A stretch of DNA of 62,214 nucleotides, the filler included, from Candidatus Woesearchaeota archaeon (GTDB lineage Archaea; Nanobdellota; Nanobdellia; Woesearchaeales; GCA-2687795), in NCBI GenBank assembly GCA_030753365.1. It is 5 parts of 5 records of this genome, joined end to end, with 100 filler letters (N's around TTAATTAATTAA, not from the genome) between each part and the next. Parts side by side here need not be neighbours in the genome. Positions count along the whole stretch, not along the records: positions 1 to 24,254 come from JASMCJ010000007.1; 4 more parts are not named here. One strand, written 5' to 3'. Positions 1 to 9,333 of this stretch are shown one piece after another. A program made the position numbers and the translations under genes. The notes below the pieces were generated by a model that was not told the DNA's origin, searched no databases, and saw nothing but the letters and a program-made list of their open reading frames with translations. Numbering within the stretch: the first letter of the stretch is position 1; every line of letters starts with the position of its first letter.

Positions 1-126
1 CATCTTGAAGATGAAATTGAAGAAGTTGCGGAAGGAGAAGTTAGAAAAATTGGAAATGGCGGAATGATCATGTCTTCAAAGAAATATATCGGAAAGAAAG
101 TATATGTCTTAGTTAGGAAGGATTAA
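1..126 (+). CDS. Partial (5'-truncated) DUF2080-like small protein
   Basis: Frame 1 reads HLEDEIEEVAEGEVRKIGNGGMIMSSKKYIGKKVYVLVRKD*; resembles the GNxA..K.YIGKKVYV pattern of DUF2080. Confidence 0.6.
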   Translation, partial: HLEDEIEEVAEGEVRKIGNGGMIMSSKKYIGKKVYVLVRKD

Positions 127-351
127 TTGTCCGACAGAGCATCCTTTAAGCAAACTCTTTAAAGTCTTAAACGGCTTATTCAATGTAACATAAACACCAG
201 GAATATTCTCTTCCTCAATCATATGTCTTATAATCTCAAGATTAATGTTCTGATAATCCTTAGCATTCACAGTTGCTAAAGCCACATACTCCTTCAAATC
301 CTTTAAATTCTTATGAAGAGTCTCATCCACAATAGGTTTAGAATCTGCCAT
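109..351 (-). pseudogene. Probable truncated N-terminus of a KaiC/RecA-like archaeal protein
   Basis: GVYVTLNKPF motif; the ORF ends after 80 aa, running antisense into the neighbouring gene. Confidence 0.35.
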
Positions 352-409
352 CTTACTAAATCTACTAATATAATATCTATATAAAAGTTCTGTTTTAAAA
401 AATAAAGAA

Positions 410-482
410 AGCGAAGGGAGGGACTCGAACCCCCGAAAAGTCGCTCTGCAGGCGACCGCCGTAGCCGCTGGGCCACCTTCGC
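410..482 (-). tRNA. tRNA-Cys(GCA), intronless
   Basis: Reverse complement GCGAAGGTGGCCCAGCGGCTACGGCGGTCGCCTGCAGAGCGAC...GGTTCGAGTCCCTCCCTTCGCT folds as a cloverleaf; U73 discriminator. Confidence 0.95.
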
Positions 483-546
483 AAAATAATACAACATAGA
501 ATACTTTGGGTTTAATAAAGTTTGCTGTATTATGACAGAGTAAATT

Positions 547-960
547 TTAGAGATTATACTCATCCACAAAGTTAAGAAAGAACTCTTTATCTTCTTTACG
601 TCTTAGAAATTCAGCCACTTTCGCAATCTCTATCCACATTGCTTCTGGATTATCTTTATCAATGGGCTTTAACTCATCCTTATCTGTTTTAAACAAGAAA
701 AAATGAAAATCTTTTGTATTCCCCTCCTTGCCACTAGGCCTATTATACATCCCTAACTTTTTAACGAACCTTAAATCATCCTTAATTAATCCAGTCTCTT
801 CATATATTTCCCTATACGCAGCCTCAAGAGGATTCTCATCACTATTTATATGTCCTTTGGGCAGTGAAAATAGTCCTTTCCTTTTCCTTTGGGTTACAAT
901 TACCACTTTCCCATCCTTTACAATAACTCCGCCTGCGCTTTGTTCTTTCATATTACTCAA
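547..960 (-). CDS. NUDIX hydrolase
   Basis: Nudix box GHINSDENPLEAAYREIYEETGL; start may be the ATG at 951. Confidence 0.9.
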   Translation of the reverse strand: MSNMKEQSAGGVIVKDGKVVIVTQRKRKGLFSLPKGHINSDENPLEAAYREIYEETGLIKDDLRFVKKLGMYNRPSGKEGNTKDFHFFLFKTDKDELKPIDKDNPEAMWIEIAKVAEFLRRKEDKEFFLNFVDEYNL

Positions 961-1027
961 AATCGCTCCTTTATTTATTAACTTTCCCCTAAATTATATA
1001 TATAACCATCTCTTCTACAACACTATC

Positions 1028-3655
1028 ATGGCACTAACAACCGTCCAAAAGCACAAACTAAAGAAATTCGTAAAAGAACTTGAATCATATAGGGGCCGCC
1101 ATACAGAATTAGTCTCAGTCTACATCCCTCAGGGTTATGACATCAACAAAATAATCAACCATCTCTCACAAGAACAAGGCACAGCCACAAACATAAAATC
1201 AGCATCCACAAGAAAGAACGTAATAGACGCTCTGGAAAAGATGATCCAACACTTAAAATTATTCAAGAAAACACCTGAAAATGGTTTGGCAGCTTTTGCA
1301 GGCAACGTTGCAGCAAGGGAAGGCCAGCAGGACTTCAAAGTATGGAGTGTAGAACCTCCAGTCCCCTTAAAAACCAGAATCTATAGGTGCGACAAAGAAT
1401 TCGTTCTTGACATCCTAAGAGATTTGATGGAAGTAAAAGAATTATATGCTCTGGTAGTAATAGACAGAAGAGACGCAAACATAGCATATCTAAAAGGGAA
1501 AACCATTGTGCCAGTGCTAAAAACCCATTCACAAGTCCCAGGAAAATTCAAAGCAGGCGGCCAGTGTCTTGTAAAAGGCTCTTTAGTCCAATTATCTAAT
1601 GGTTCTCTTCCTAAAATTGAAATTGTTCATAATCCACATATTGTAAAATCAGTTATGATTAAAAACAATTTTTCAATAAAGGAATCAAATATAACAGGCA
1701 AATGGAATGTAAAAAAAGATAAGGTTTACAAGATTATAACAAAAAATCCTCGTATTGAAGTTGAGTCCTCCAAAGATCATGTTTTCTTTGTTGCTTCTAA
1801 TGATAGCATTAAAGAGAAATCTGCTGAAGAACTAAGGGAAGGAGACCATTTAATCATGCCTGAAAAGGTAAGTATAAAAGGAAATATACAAAAATTAAAT
1901 TCAAAAAAATACTATAATTCTTTTATCATAAATAAAAAGGGGCAGGAATTACTAAAGAAGAAAAGAGAGGAAAAAAATTTACTACAAAGAGAACTAGCGA
2001 AACAAACTAATATGACACAAACAACAGTATCATATTATGAGATTGGAAGGAACAATCCAAATAAGGATTATTTAGAAAGACTGTGTAAAAAGCAGCAAAT
2101 CAATTATAGAGAATTTTTGAAAAAATACGCCAAATCAAGCCCCCACCAAGGTTCTGATGTAAGATTGTCAGATACACTCAACGAAGAACTTGCTCAGTTT
2201 CTTGGTTATTTTATGGGAGATGGCTGTATAGAAACCGATAGAATTACTTTTTTTGAACAAGATAGACAAGTAGCCCTAAGTTACAAAAACAAGTATGATA
2301 AATTTTTTCATATAAACTCAAGTTATAAATTCAGAGAAAGTAAAAATCATCATCAAATCAGATTCACGAGCAGGCCTCTGGTAAGATTAATCAAGGAAGA
2401 ATTTCCTGAGATCAAAAAAGCCCTTGATTCAGAAGTTCCCAATAAGATATTAGAATCTTCTGATAATGTTGTTGCATCCTTCTTAAGGGGGTTCTTTGAT
2501 GCAGAAGGTTATACTACATATTCAAGAAAACAGGTTGCTTTAGGCATTAATAATAAAAGGATAATCCAACAACTACAACTAATTTTCCTGAGATTTGGCA
2601 TAATCAGTTCTTTACACGAATATGACAACAGAAGGAATATGTATAGTAATAATCCCCGGTTTACTTTGGATATAACCGAAAAGAAATCTTTAGAACTTTT
2701 CAAGAGATATGTTGGTTTTACTTCTAATATAAAATCTAAGAAATTAAGTACAATCATTAAAACAAAATCTGATACCAGTTATGTTAGACAATTAATAGTG
2801 CCAGGAAGAGAAATAAGGGAAATAATAGAAAAAGCTGGCTACAATCTACAATTATTCCCTAAAGTAACTAATTTCTTTAGAAATGAACGAATGATGAGCA
2901 AACAAACTTTTAAAAGCTCAATACTGGACTATGTCAAAGATAAAAAACTTTACAAACAATTAGAAGAAATCTATAATTATCCAATTCTCCCAGTTAAAAT
3001 AAAAGAAATCAAAATTACCAACAAACCGACAGAAATGATTGACATCTCAGTAAAAAATCAAAACTTCATTGCAAATGGTATAATTGTACATAATTCAGCA
3101 GCAAGATTCTCCAGAATAAGAGAAGGCGCAATCAAAGACCACTTCAAAAAGGTTGCAGAGCATATAAAAAACGAATTCCTTGGCAACAAAAATCTAAAAG
3201 GTATCATAGTCGGAGGTCCTGGCCCTTCAAAATATGACTTTGTAAACAGTGACATAATCACAACAGAACTCAAAAGAAAAATCATAGCAATCAAAGACCT
3301 ATCCTACACCGGCGAATTCGGTCTCCAGGAATTATTAGACAAGTCAGGAGACGTACTAGCCAAAGAAGAAGTAATGGACGAAAAAAACATCATGACAAAA
3401 TTCTTTGAAACCCTATCAAAAAAGCCCGGCATGGTATCCTATGGAAAGAAAGAAGTAATGGAACAGCTAAAGAACGGCACAGTTGAAACCTTATTATTAT
3501 CAGAAGAACTGGACGAAACAGAAATAGAACAGTTTGAGGAAGAAGCCAAAGCAGTAGGAACAGAAGTCAAAATAATCTCCACAGAAACAAGAGAAGGCGC
3601 CCAGCTAAGAGACATGAGCATGGTAGGCGCTATCTTAAGATATGATGTAAGTTAA
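1028..3655 (+). CDS. prf1: Peptide chain release factor aRF1, intein-containing (about 365 aa after splicing)
   Basis: NIKS, YRCDKEF and GGQ motifs; true start MALTT at 1028. Confidence 0.95.
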   Translation: MALTTVQKHKLKKFVKELESYRGRHTELVSVYIPQGYDINKIINHLSQEQGTATNIKSASTRKNVIDALEKMIQHLKLFKKTPENGLAAFAGNVAAREGQQDFKVWSVEPPVPLKTRIYRCDKEFVLDILRDLMEVKELYALVVIDRRDANIAYLKGKTIVPVLKTHSQVPGKFKAGGQCLVKGSLVQLSNGSLPKIEIVHNPHIVKSVMIKNNFSIKESNITGKWNVKKDKVYKIITKNPRIEVESSKDHVFFVASNDSIKEKSAEELREGDHLIMPEKVSIKGNIQKLNSKKYYNSFIINKKGQELLKKKREEKNLLQRELAKQTNMTQTTVSYYEIGRNNPNKDYLERLCKKQQINYREFLKKYAKSSPHQGSDVRLSDTLNEELAQFLGYFMGDGCIETDRITFFEQDRQVALSYKNKYDKFFHINSSYKFRESKNHHQIRFTSRPLVRLIKEEFPEIKKALDSEVPNKILESSDNVVASFLRGFFDAEGYTTYSRKQVALGINNKRIIQQLQLIFLRFGIISSLHEYDNRRNMYSNNPRFTLDITEKKSLELFKRYVGFTSNIKSKKLSTIIKTKSDTSYVRQLIVPGREIREIIEKAGYNLQLFPKVTNFFRNERMMSKQTFKSSILDYVKDKKLYKQLEEIYNYPILPVKIKEIKITNKPTEMIDISVKNQNFIANGIIVHNSAARFSRIREGAIKDHFKKVAEHIKNEFLGNKNLKGIIVGGPGPSKYDFVNSDIITTELKRKIIAIKDLSYTGEFGLQELLDKSGDVLAKEEVMDEKNIMTKFFETLSKKPGMVSYGKKEVMEQLKNGTVETLLLSEELDETEIEQFEEEAKAVGTEVKIISTETREGAQLRDMSMVGAILRYDVS
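1565..3094 (+). mobile_element. Intein (510 aa) with XRE-type HTH and LAGLIDADG homing endonuclease
   Basis: GGQ|CLVKGSLV ... NGIIVHN|S junctions; block B SSKDHVFF; LGYFMGDG and LRGFFDAEG motifs. Confidence 0.95.
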
Positions 3656-3747
3656 GCCAATACCAACCTAACTGTCAAGAACCACCTATCATACACTCAA
3701 AAACTGGATGGAAAATTCAGACATTTTATAAATATATATAGTTTAAT

Positions 3748-3948
3748 ACTTCATGGGTTTAATTCCCTGTTGCTTGCAACGGCTGGATTAAAACATGAAG
3801 TTTAAAAATACCTCACAGCTTGCTGTGATTGGAATTTTTATTAATTATTTAGTTTGGGTTTTATACCCCGATGCTTGCATCGGCTTAATACGCAAACTAA
3901 ATACTAAAAATACCCCGCAGCTTGCTGCGATTGGGATTTTTTATTAAT
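3748..3948. repeat. Tandem ~100-bp unit, four GC-TT-GC palindromic hairpins in total
   Basis: GTTGC-TT-GCAAC, TCACAGC-TT-GCTGTGA, CCGATGC-TT-GCATCGG and CGCAGC-TT-GCTGCG, each preceded by an ATACCCC-like motif. Confidence 0.8.
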
Positions 3949-3956
3949 AGATTAAA

Positions 3957-5615
3957 ATGCCAACTATAAACTTTTCATTCAGGGACTTGCAAGAGCTAAT
4001 CGGAAAAAGGCTCACAATAGACGAGCTAAAAGACTTACTATCCTACTGCAAAGCAGAATTCGAAGACTATGACACAGCCTCAGACGAAGTCAAAGCAGAC
4101 TTTGGCGACACCAACCTACCTTACCTATGGAGCGTTGAAGGAGTAGCAAGGCTTCTAAAAGGAGTTCTAAATTTAGACAGGGGCATACCTCCAATCAGGT
4201 TCAGCAAGAACGGCTACAAAATCATTGTAGACAAATCAACAAAAAAAGTAAGGCCATACATCGCAGCCTTTGTAGCAAAATCATACAACATCAACGAATC
4301 CTTCCTAAAACAATTAATCCAGCTCCAGGAAAAGCTCTGCGAAAACTATGGCAGGAAAAGAAAAAAGGTATCCATCGGGCTATACTCTTACAAGCGAGTC
4401 AAATTCCCTGTCCACTACAAAGCAGTCCCTCCTGACTCAATCAAGTTCACGCCCTTGGAAGGCACCAAAGAACTAAACCTCAGCCAAATCTTAGAACAAC
4501 ATCCCAAAGGCATAGAATATGCCAAAATCCTAAAAGGCTTTGACAAATACCCAATCCTAATAGACTCTGCAGGAGAAGTGCTAAGCTTCCCTCCAATCAT
4601 CAACTCAAACTTCTCAGGAAAAGTTGAAATAGGCGATGAAGAACTATTCTTTGAGGTCACAGGAGATGACCAGGACGCAATCCTTCTGGCAACAAACATC
4701 TTTGCCCAGGCACTATACGAAAGAAGCTTTGAGCTCTTCAGTGTTGACATCAGATACTCAGACAAAAGAATCACAACACCTTCTCTATTCAAAGACAAAC
4801 TAAAAATTACCACAGAAGACGTAACCAACCTTCTAGGCCTTGACCTAAAAGACACAGAAATCAAAGCACTATTAGAAAAAGCAAGATACGATTACAATAA
4901 AGGTTCAGTACAAGTTCCTCCTTACAGAAAAGACATCCTTCACAAAGTAGACGTCATAGAAGACATAGGCATAATGTATGACTACAACAAGATTGAAGAG
5001 TTACCATTAAAATCCTACACCATAGGCGAAACACTGCCCATCACAAACTTCATAGACAAAATAAGAGAACTCATAGTAGGCTTTGGTTACCAGGAACTCC
5101 TAAACCCAATGCTCTCCAACAAAGAGCTCCTCTACAAAAAGATGAACACTCAGGACTTTGGCACAGTGGAAATAAGCAAATACCTCTCAGAAACATACTC
5201 AGTTGTAAGAACCTGGTTACTACCAATCCTACTTGAATTCCTCTCAAAAAACAAGCATGTAGAATACCCACAGAAAATCTTTGAGCAAGGACTAGTAACC
5301 TGCAGAAAAGAAGACAAAATCATTGACTATGAAAGATTAGCAGTCATAAGCGCTCACTCAGAAGCAGACTTCACAGAAATAAAGAAAGTTCTGGATGCCT
5401 TAACAAGATCCTTAGGCATAACCTACACAATAGAAGAAACAGAGCACAGTTCTTTCATCCCTGGCAGAGTAGGCAGAGTAATCATCAAAAACAGAAAAGT
5501 TGCATACATAGGAGAGCTATGCCCAAAAGTAATAGGCAACTTTGGCATTGAAGTCCCAGTAGTAGGATTAGAATTAAACCTCACAGAATTATATGAAGCA
5601 ACCAAAACAGACTAA
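3957..5615 (+). CDS. pheT: Phenylalanine-tRNA ligase beta subunit
   Basis: MPTI start, LIQLQEKL, VLSFPPIINS, YRKDILHKVDVIEDI, SFIPGR. Confidence 0.95.
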   Translation: MPTINFSFRDLQELIGKRLTIDELKDLLSYCKAEFEDYDTASDEVKADFGDTNLPYLWSVEGVARLLKGVLNLDRGIPPIRFSKNGYKIIVDKSTKKVRPYIAAFVAKSYNINESFLKQLIQLQEKLCENYGRKRKKVSIGLYSYKRVKFPVHYKAVPPDSIKFTPLEGTKELNLSQILEQHPKGIEYAKILKGFDKYPILIDSAGEVLSFPPIINSNFSGKVEIGDEELFFEVTGDDQDAILLATNIFAQALYERSFELFSVDIRYSDKRITTPSLFKDKLKITTEDVTNLLGLDLKDTEIKALLEKARYDYNKGSVQVPPYRKDILHKVDVIEDIGIMYDYNKIEELPLKSYTIGETLPITNFIDKIRELIVGFGYQELLNPMLSNKELLYKKMNTQDFGTVEISKYLSETYSVVRTWLLPILLEFLSKNKHVEYPQKIFEQGLVTCRKEDKIIDYERLAVISAHSEADFTEIKKVLDALTRSLGITYTIEETEHSSFIPGRVGRVIIKNRKVAYIGELCPKVIGNFGIEVPVVGLELNLTELYEATKTD

Positions 5616-5648
5616 ACCTTTAAAAACCCCTCTTACTTTCTATCATCT

Positions 5649-5723
5649 GCATGTGTAATGACTTAGTGAACACCCAATGAGGCGCAAGCCGATGATTAAC
5701 GGAAGTAACTTAGGAACGCATGC
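5649..5723 (+). ncRNA. Candidate double kink-turn (C/D-box-like) sRNA
   Basis: 8-bp terminal stem, two K-turns, upstream TTTAAAAA box, downstream T run. Confidence 0.7.
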
Positions 5724-5729
5724 TTTTTT

Positions 5730-7289
5730 TCAATCAATTCTAAAATCAACGCAGATCCTAAACACACCCGGAGAAAACTGTCCGCACTTAACCGTTCTAA
5801 GAATCTTAAACTTCATCTTGTTCCTCTTGCACGCCTCATTAATCTTATCATGAGCTTTTCCAAACTCCTTCTCATTAAGAAAATCATAAAAATGAATCAC
5901 ACTCTTTTTCTTAGAACAAGCCAATGCGCAATCCAGAAAATCCTCCGCAGACTTAGGCAAAGGCATAACAATCCTGTCAAAACACTTCTTAAACTTCTTA
6001 AGATACTTCCATGACGAAATCATCTCTTCAGCCTTTATTTCATCTATGCTTCTTATTTCCACAATCCCCTTAGTCACCAAAGGCAAAATTTTTTCCAACT
6101 TAATAACAGACTTTTCATTAATCCTTGAGCCATGCACATCATTCTTATAATCACTAATATGAAAATAAGTATTGCAATATTTTTGTATATCTTCTATAGC
6201 TTTAGCCATAGAATCAGGCGAATAATTATGCAGCAAATGGCATGTATCAATACACACATTTCTTATTCCTGCTGCCTTAACAACATCAATAATCTCCTCT
6301 TTAGTCTTAATCAGGTTCCTATGAGAATGTTCAAAATAAATATTCTTATAATACTTCTTAAAAGTTTTTGCATTAGCTATAACATCTTTCTTCTCAGCAC
6401 CCTGTGACGCTCCCATAGAAAAATGAACAATCAATTCAACTCCAAACTCATCAACAAGCGAAACCATCTTTCTATAAATCTCATTCTTTATATTAGTATT
6501 AGCCATATCAAGCCCTGGCGAAAAAATATGCGGCTGATGCACAACCACAAACATACCAGAATCAACAAACTCTTTGACATCTTTTCTAAGGTCCTCAAAA
6601 TTCACATCAAAATCAGACTCAAACGTATGAATCTCAATAATTGAAGGATTACATTCCAGGCGTGAAGCCATCTCATCTTTTATCACAGCACTCTTAAGTC
6701 CAATCATCTTCTGATAAAAAACAGGCACAGCCTTCTTAACATCATCATTAATCAGAAAAACATTAGCCAGCTTATTCAACCTAACACTCTCCATCCCGCA
6801 CCTATGCGCATCGGGATTAATCTCAATCCCATAAACAAACTTAGCCTTAGAATTCTTTGCGATAACCAGAGGATAAATTCCACACCCAGAAAACATAACC
6901 AAAACATCTTCACCAGCTTTAATCTGTTCATAAATCCTCTTCCTCTCAGTACTCAGCCTAGAAGAAAAATAAACCTTCTCAACATCAATCTTAACCCTCA
7001 CATCATTCTCCTTATGAACAGTCTCCTTCCTATTCTCCCCAGCCAGCACCTTCATCTTCTGTGTCCTGAAAACACCCTCATGCATCCCAGCCTTCTTGCA
7101 AACCACCTTAACATTCTTAAGCAAAACCAGCAAAGCATCCGCAATAATCTTCTCCTTCTTAACCAGCTCATCAGGAATCTCAATAATAGCAATATCTCCT
7201 ACAAGGTCAAAAGCAGCCCTAAGATAAGAAAACTCCTTCTCTGTCAGCTTTCCCTTCAAAGCCCCCCTCAACGTAGTAGGTTTTTTCAT
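5730..7289 (-). CDS. trm5: Trm5/Taw2-family tRNA methyltransferase with inserted TIM-barrel-like domain
   Basis: FDLVGDIAI, VYFSSRLSTER, VLVMFSGCG, FDRIVMPLP; ~240-aa insert. Confidence 0.8.
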   Translation of the reverse strand: MKKPTTLRGALKGKLTEKEFSYLRAAFDLVGDIAIIEIPDELVKKEKIIADALLVLLKNVKVVCKKAGMHEGVFRTQKMKVLAGENRKETVHKENDVRVKIDVEKVYFSSRLSTERKRIYEQIKAGEDVLVMFSGCGIYPLVIAKNSKAKFVYGIEINPDAHRCGMESVRLNKLANVFLINDDVKKAVPVFYQKMIGLKSAVIKDEMASRLECNPSIIEIHTFESDFDVNFEDLRKDVKEFVDSGMFVVVHQPHIFSPGLDMANTNIKNEIYRKMVSLVDEFGVELIVHFSMGASQGAEKKDVIANAKTFKKYYKNIYFEHSHRNLIKTKEEIIDVVKAAGIRNVCIDTCHLLHNYSPDSMAKAIEDIQKYCNTYFHISDYKNDVHGSRINEKSVIKLEKILPLVTKGIVEIRSIDEIKAEEMISSWKYLKKFKKCFDRIVMPLPKSAEDFLDCALACSKKKSVIHFYDFLNEKEFGKAHDKINEACKRNKMKFKILRTVKCGQFSPGVFRICVDFRID

Positions 7290-8167
7290 ACTATAATCAA
7301 ATAAGCCCCTAAAATCATCAACACCGAAATCACAATCCTATAAGAAAGATACTTCTCATGGAAAAATGTTCCTCCAAAAATAACAATCATTAGGCTGGAC
7401 AAAATAATAATAGGCATTACCAATGAAACATAAGCCATTGAAATCGCTTGAAGCGCAAACAAACTCCCTGCAACTGAAAAAAGCGCAACAACAAACGGTA
7501 AATACCTTGTCTTCTTAAGACAAGCTTTAATCTCCTTAAACCCATACAGAAAAGCATGGACAATATTAAAATTAATAGCAATAAACACCCATATAAGAAA
7601 AAAATAAGTAAAAACATTAGTAATCTTTGACCCTATAATATACTTATCAAAAATAGAGCCAATACTAAAAAGGAACATTGCAAAAATAAAATAAAGACTC
7701 TCTTTAGACTTCATCAAATGCTTAATCGGCGCAACAAAATCTGACAAATGATGGTCTGCCTCAAGCAGGTAAGCAGAAACCAGCAAAATCCCTATCCCAA
7801 TCATCTGCTTAACACCCAACGACTCTGAAAGGAAAAAATATGCAAGCACTGCCACAAAAGCAGGCCTTAGGTTAGCCAATGGTGAAATCAATGAAATATC
7901 ATTATGTCTAAACGCCTTTGCCGTAAACAAAATACCCACAGTCGCAATCAGCGAAACTCCATACACCAAAAACAAAATTCCCTTATCAAAAGACCAATCC
8001 ATAAAAGGAATCAGAAACAATCCAATCAACACAACAAAAATTGTTCTAATTGACTCAAAATTCATAGCATGCGCCTTCATAAGCGCCTTCTTCCTTGCAA
8101 TCTGAAACAAAGTATAAAAGATTGCAGCTCCAATTGCAAAAACATACCATTCCATTTTAAACATCAT
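7286..8167 (-). CDS. EamA/DMT family transporter
   Basis: About 10 hydrophobic segments in two repeats; FFLSESLG and FFHEK ends. Confidence 0.85.
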   Translation of the reverse strand: MMFKMEWYVFAIGAAIFYTLFQIARKKALMKAHAMNFESIRTIFVVLIGLFLIPFMDWSFDKGILFLVYGVSLIATVGILFTAKAFRHNDISLISPLANLRPAFVAVLAYFFLSESLGVKQMIGIGILLVSAYLLEADHHLSDFVAPIKHLMKSKESLYFIFAMFLFSIGSIFDKYIIGSKITNVFTYFFLIWVFIAINFNIVHAFLYGFKEIKACLKKTRYLPFVVALFSVAGSLFALQAISMAYVSLVMPIIILSSLMIVIFGGTFFHEKYLSYRIVISVLMILGAYLIIV

Positions 8168-8190
8168 TTTAGTTATGCTATTCTCACATC

Positions 8191-8264
8191 ATATTGTAGG
8201 GGTGGGCCATTGATTAGGCAGCTATAAGGGGAGGCTCTACATATTTAGTCGTTAGACTAAATAT
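8191..8264. repeat. G-rich repeat plus stop-codon hairpin, copy 1 (diverged)
   Basis: ATATTGTAGGGGTGGGCC...TAAGGGGAGG, then ATATTTAGTC-GTTA-GACTAAATAT. Confidence 0.65.
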
Positions 8265-9291
8265 ACGCATCTAACCCTTTCTGCATCTTCTCCTTCTTAT
8301 CCTCATTCAACTCATCAACAGTCTTCATCACTCTCTCCTTTGAAAAATCATGCTCTTCAACCAGCATCTTAACCAACTTATCAGTGTCAGCGGCTTTCCA
8401 TTCAAGCTCATAATCATCACTAACCTTCATCTTCTTAATCAAATAAAAAACCTCTGTCCATGGGAACTCAAAAAACTCTCCCCACTTAACCTGCTTAAAC
8501 AAACCTTCAGGATCATCCTTAAACTCCTTAACCAGCTTCAACGCATTCTTTGGCCCAATTCCCTTAATCCCTCCAGGATTATAATCAGTGCCAACAAGCA
8601 TACTCAAAATAATCAATTGGTCATGCTCAATCCCCAGATGATTAATATTCTCATCCAGCTTAATCATCTCAGGCTTAATAGTACCATAAGCAAGCTTATT
8701 AATCTTCTTCCTTTTCCCAAGAATAGAAAGATTCCTCACCAATCTTGTTGCTCCAAACAGCAAAGCATCAGCATCATTCGAAGCAACAGCAAACCCATCA
8801 CCTCTCTTAACAATATACGCAGCCTGCGCCTCCGCCTCTGACGGTGCATCTATAACAGGCAATCCCAGCGCTTTAATTAATTTTTTAGCCTCATCAATCA
8901 TCTCCTTGTTTAACCTACTCGTCCTTGACGCAAACTTCTTCATCCCTTCTACATCCTTCCTCTTAACAGCCTCTTCATACTTCTTCATAGCTTCAAGCTT
9001 AATTCCCTTCCTTCTCTCAAGTTCTCTCCTTTTTAATTCAGGCTTTTCCCCATCAAAAACAAAAGCCAGCAAAAGTCCTTTCTTCATAAGATTAGGTATC
9101 CTTGAAAACAACCCAATAAGATGTGAAGTAATCATCCCATTAGAATCAGTAAGCGAAGAACCATCTCTCTGCCTAATAGAAGAAAGAAACTGGTAAAGCC
9201 ACATAGGAGTATCAACAATAAGCACCTTATTCTCCAGTTCTTTAACATCAATATCCTTCTTCACAATCAAATCAGTAATAGCAACGCCCAT
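8257..9291 (-). CDS. fen: Flap endonuclease 1
   Basis: LYQFLSSIRQRDG, FVFDG, APSEAEAQAA, GTDYNPGGIKGIGPK, C-terminal PIP box QKGLDAYI. Confidence 0.97.
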   Translation of the reverse strand: MGVAITDLIVKKDIDVKELENKVLIVDTPMWLYQFLSSIRQRDGSSLTDSNGMITSHLIGLFSRIPNLMKKGLLLAFVFDGEKPELKRRELERRKGIKLEAMKKYEEAVKRKDVEGMKKFASRTSRLNKEMIDEAKKLIKALGLPVIDAPSEAEAQAAYIVKRGDGFAVASNDADALLFGATRLVRNLSILGKRKKINKLAYGTIKPEMIKLDENINHLGIEHDQLIILSMLVGTDYNPGGIKGIGPKNALKLVKEFKDDPEGLFKQVKWGEFFEFPWTEVFYLIKKMKVSDDYELEWKAADTDKLVKMLVEEHDFSKERVMKTVDELNEDKKEKMQKGLDAYI

Positions 9292-9333
9292 TTTATATAA
9301 TCAAGAAATTATGTAATACTTAATCATTTCGGT

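Noticed and set aside
728..1027. 100-aa N-terminal extension of aRF1 in the ORF track
   Set aside because: Overlaps the NUDIX gene antisense; homology starts at the ATG at 1028
3748..3948. CRISPR array interpretation of the hairpin repeats
   Set aside because: Repeats are not identical, alternate between two types, and no cas genes are present
6000..6720. Trm5 insert as an intein
   Set aside because: No Cys/Ser start, His-Asn end or LAGLIDADG motifs
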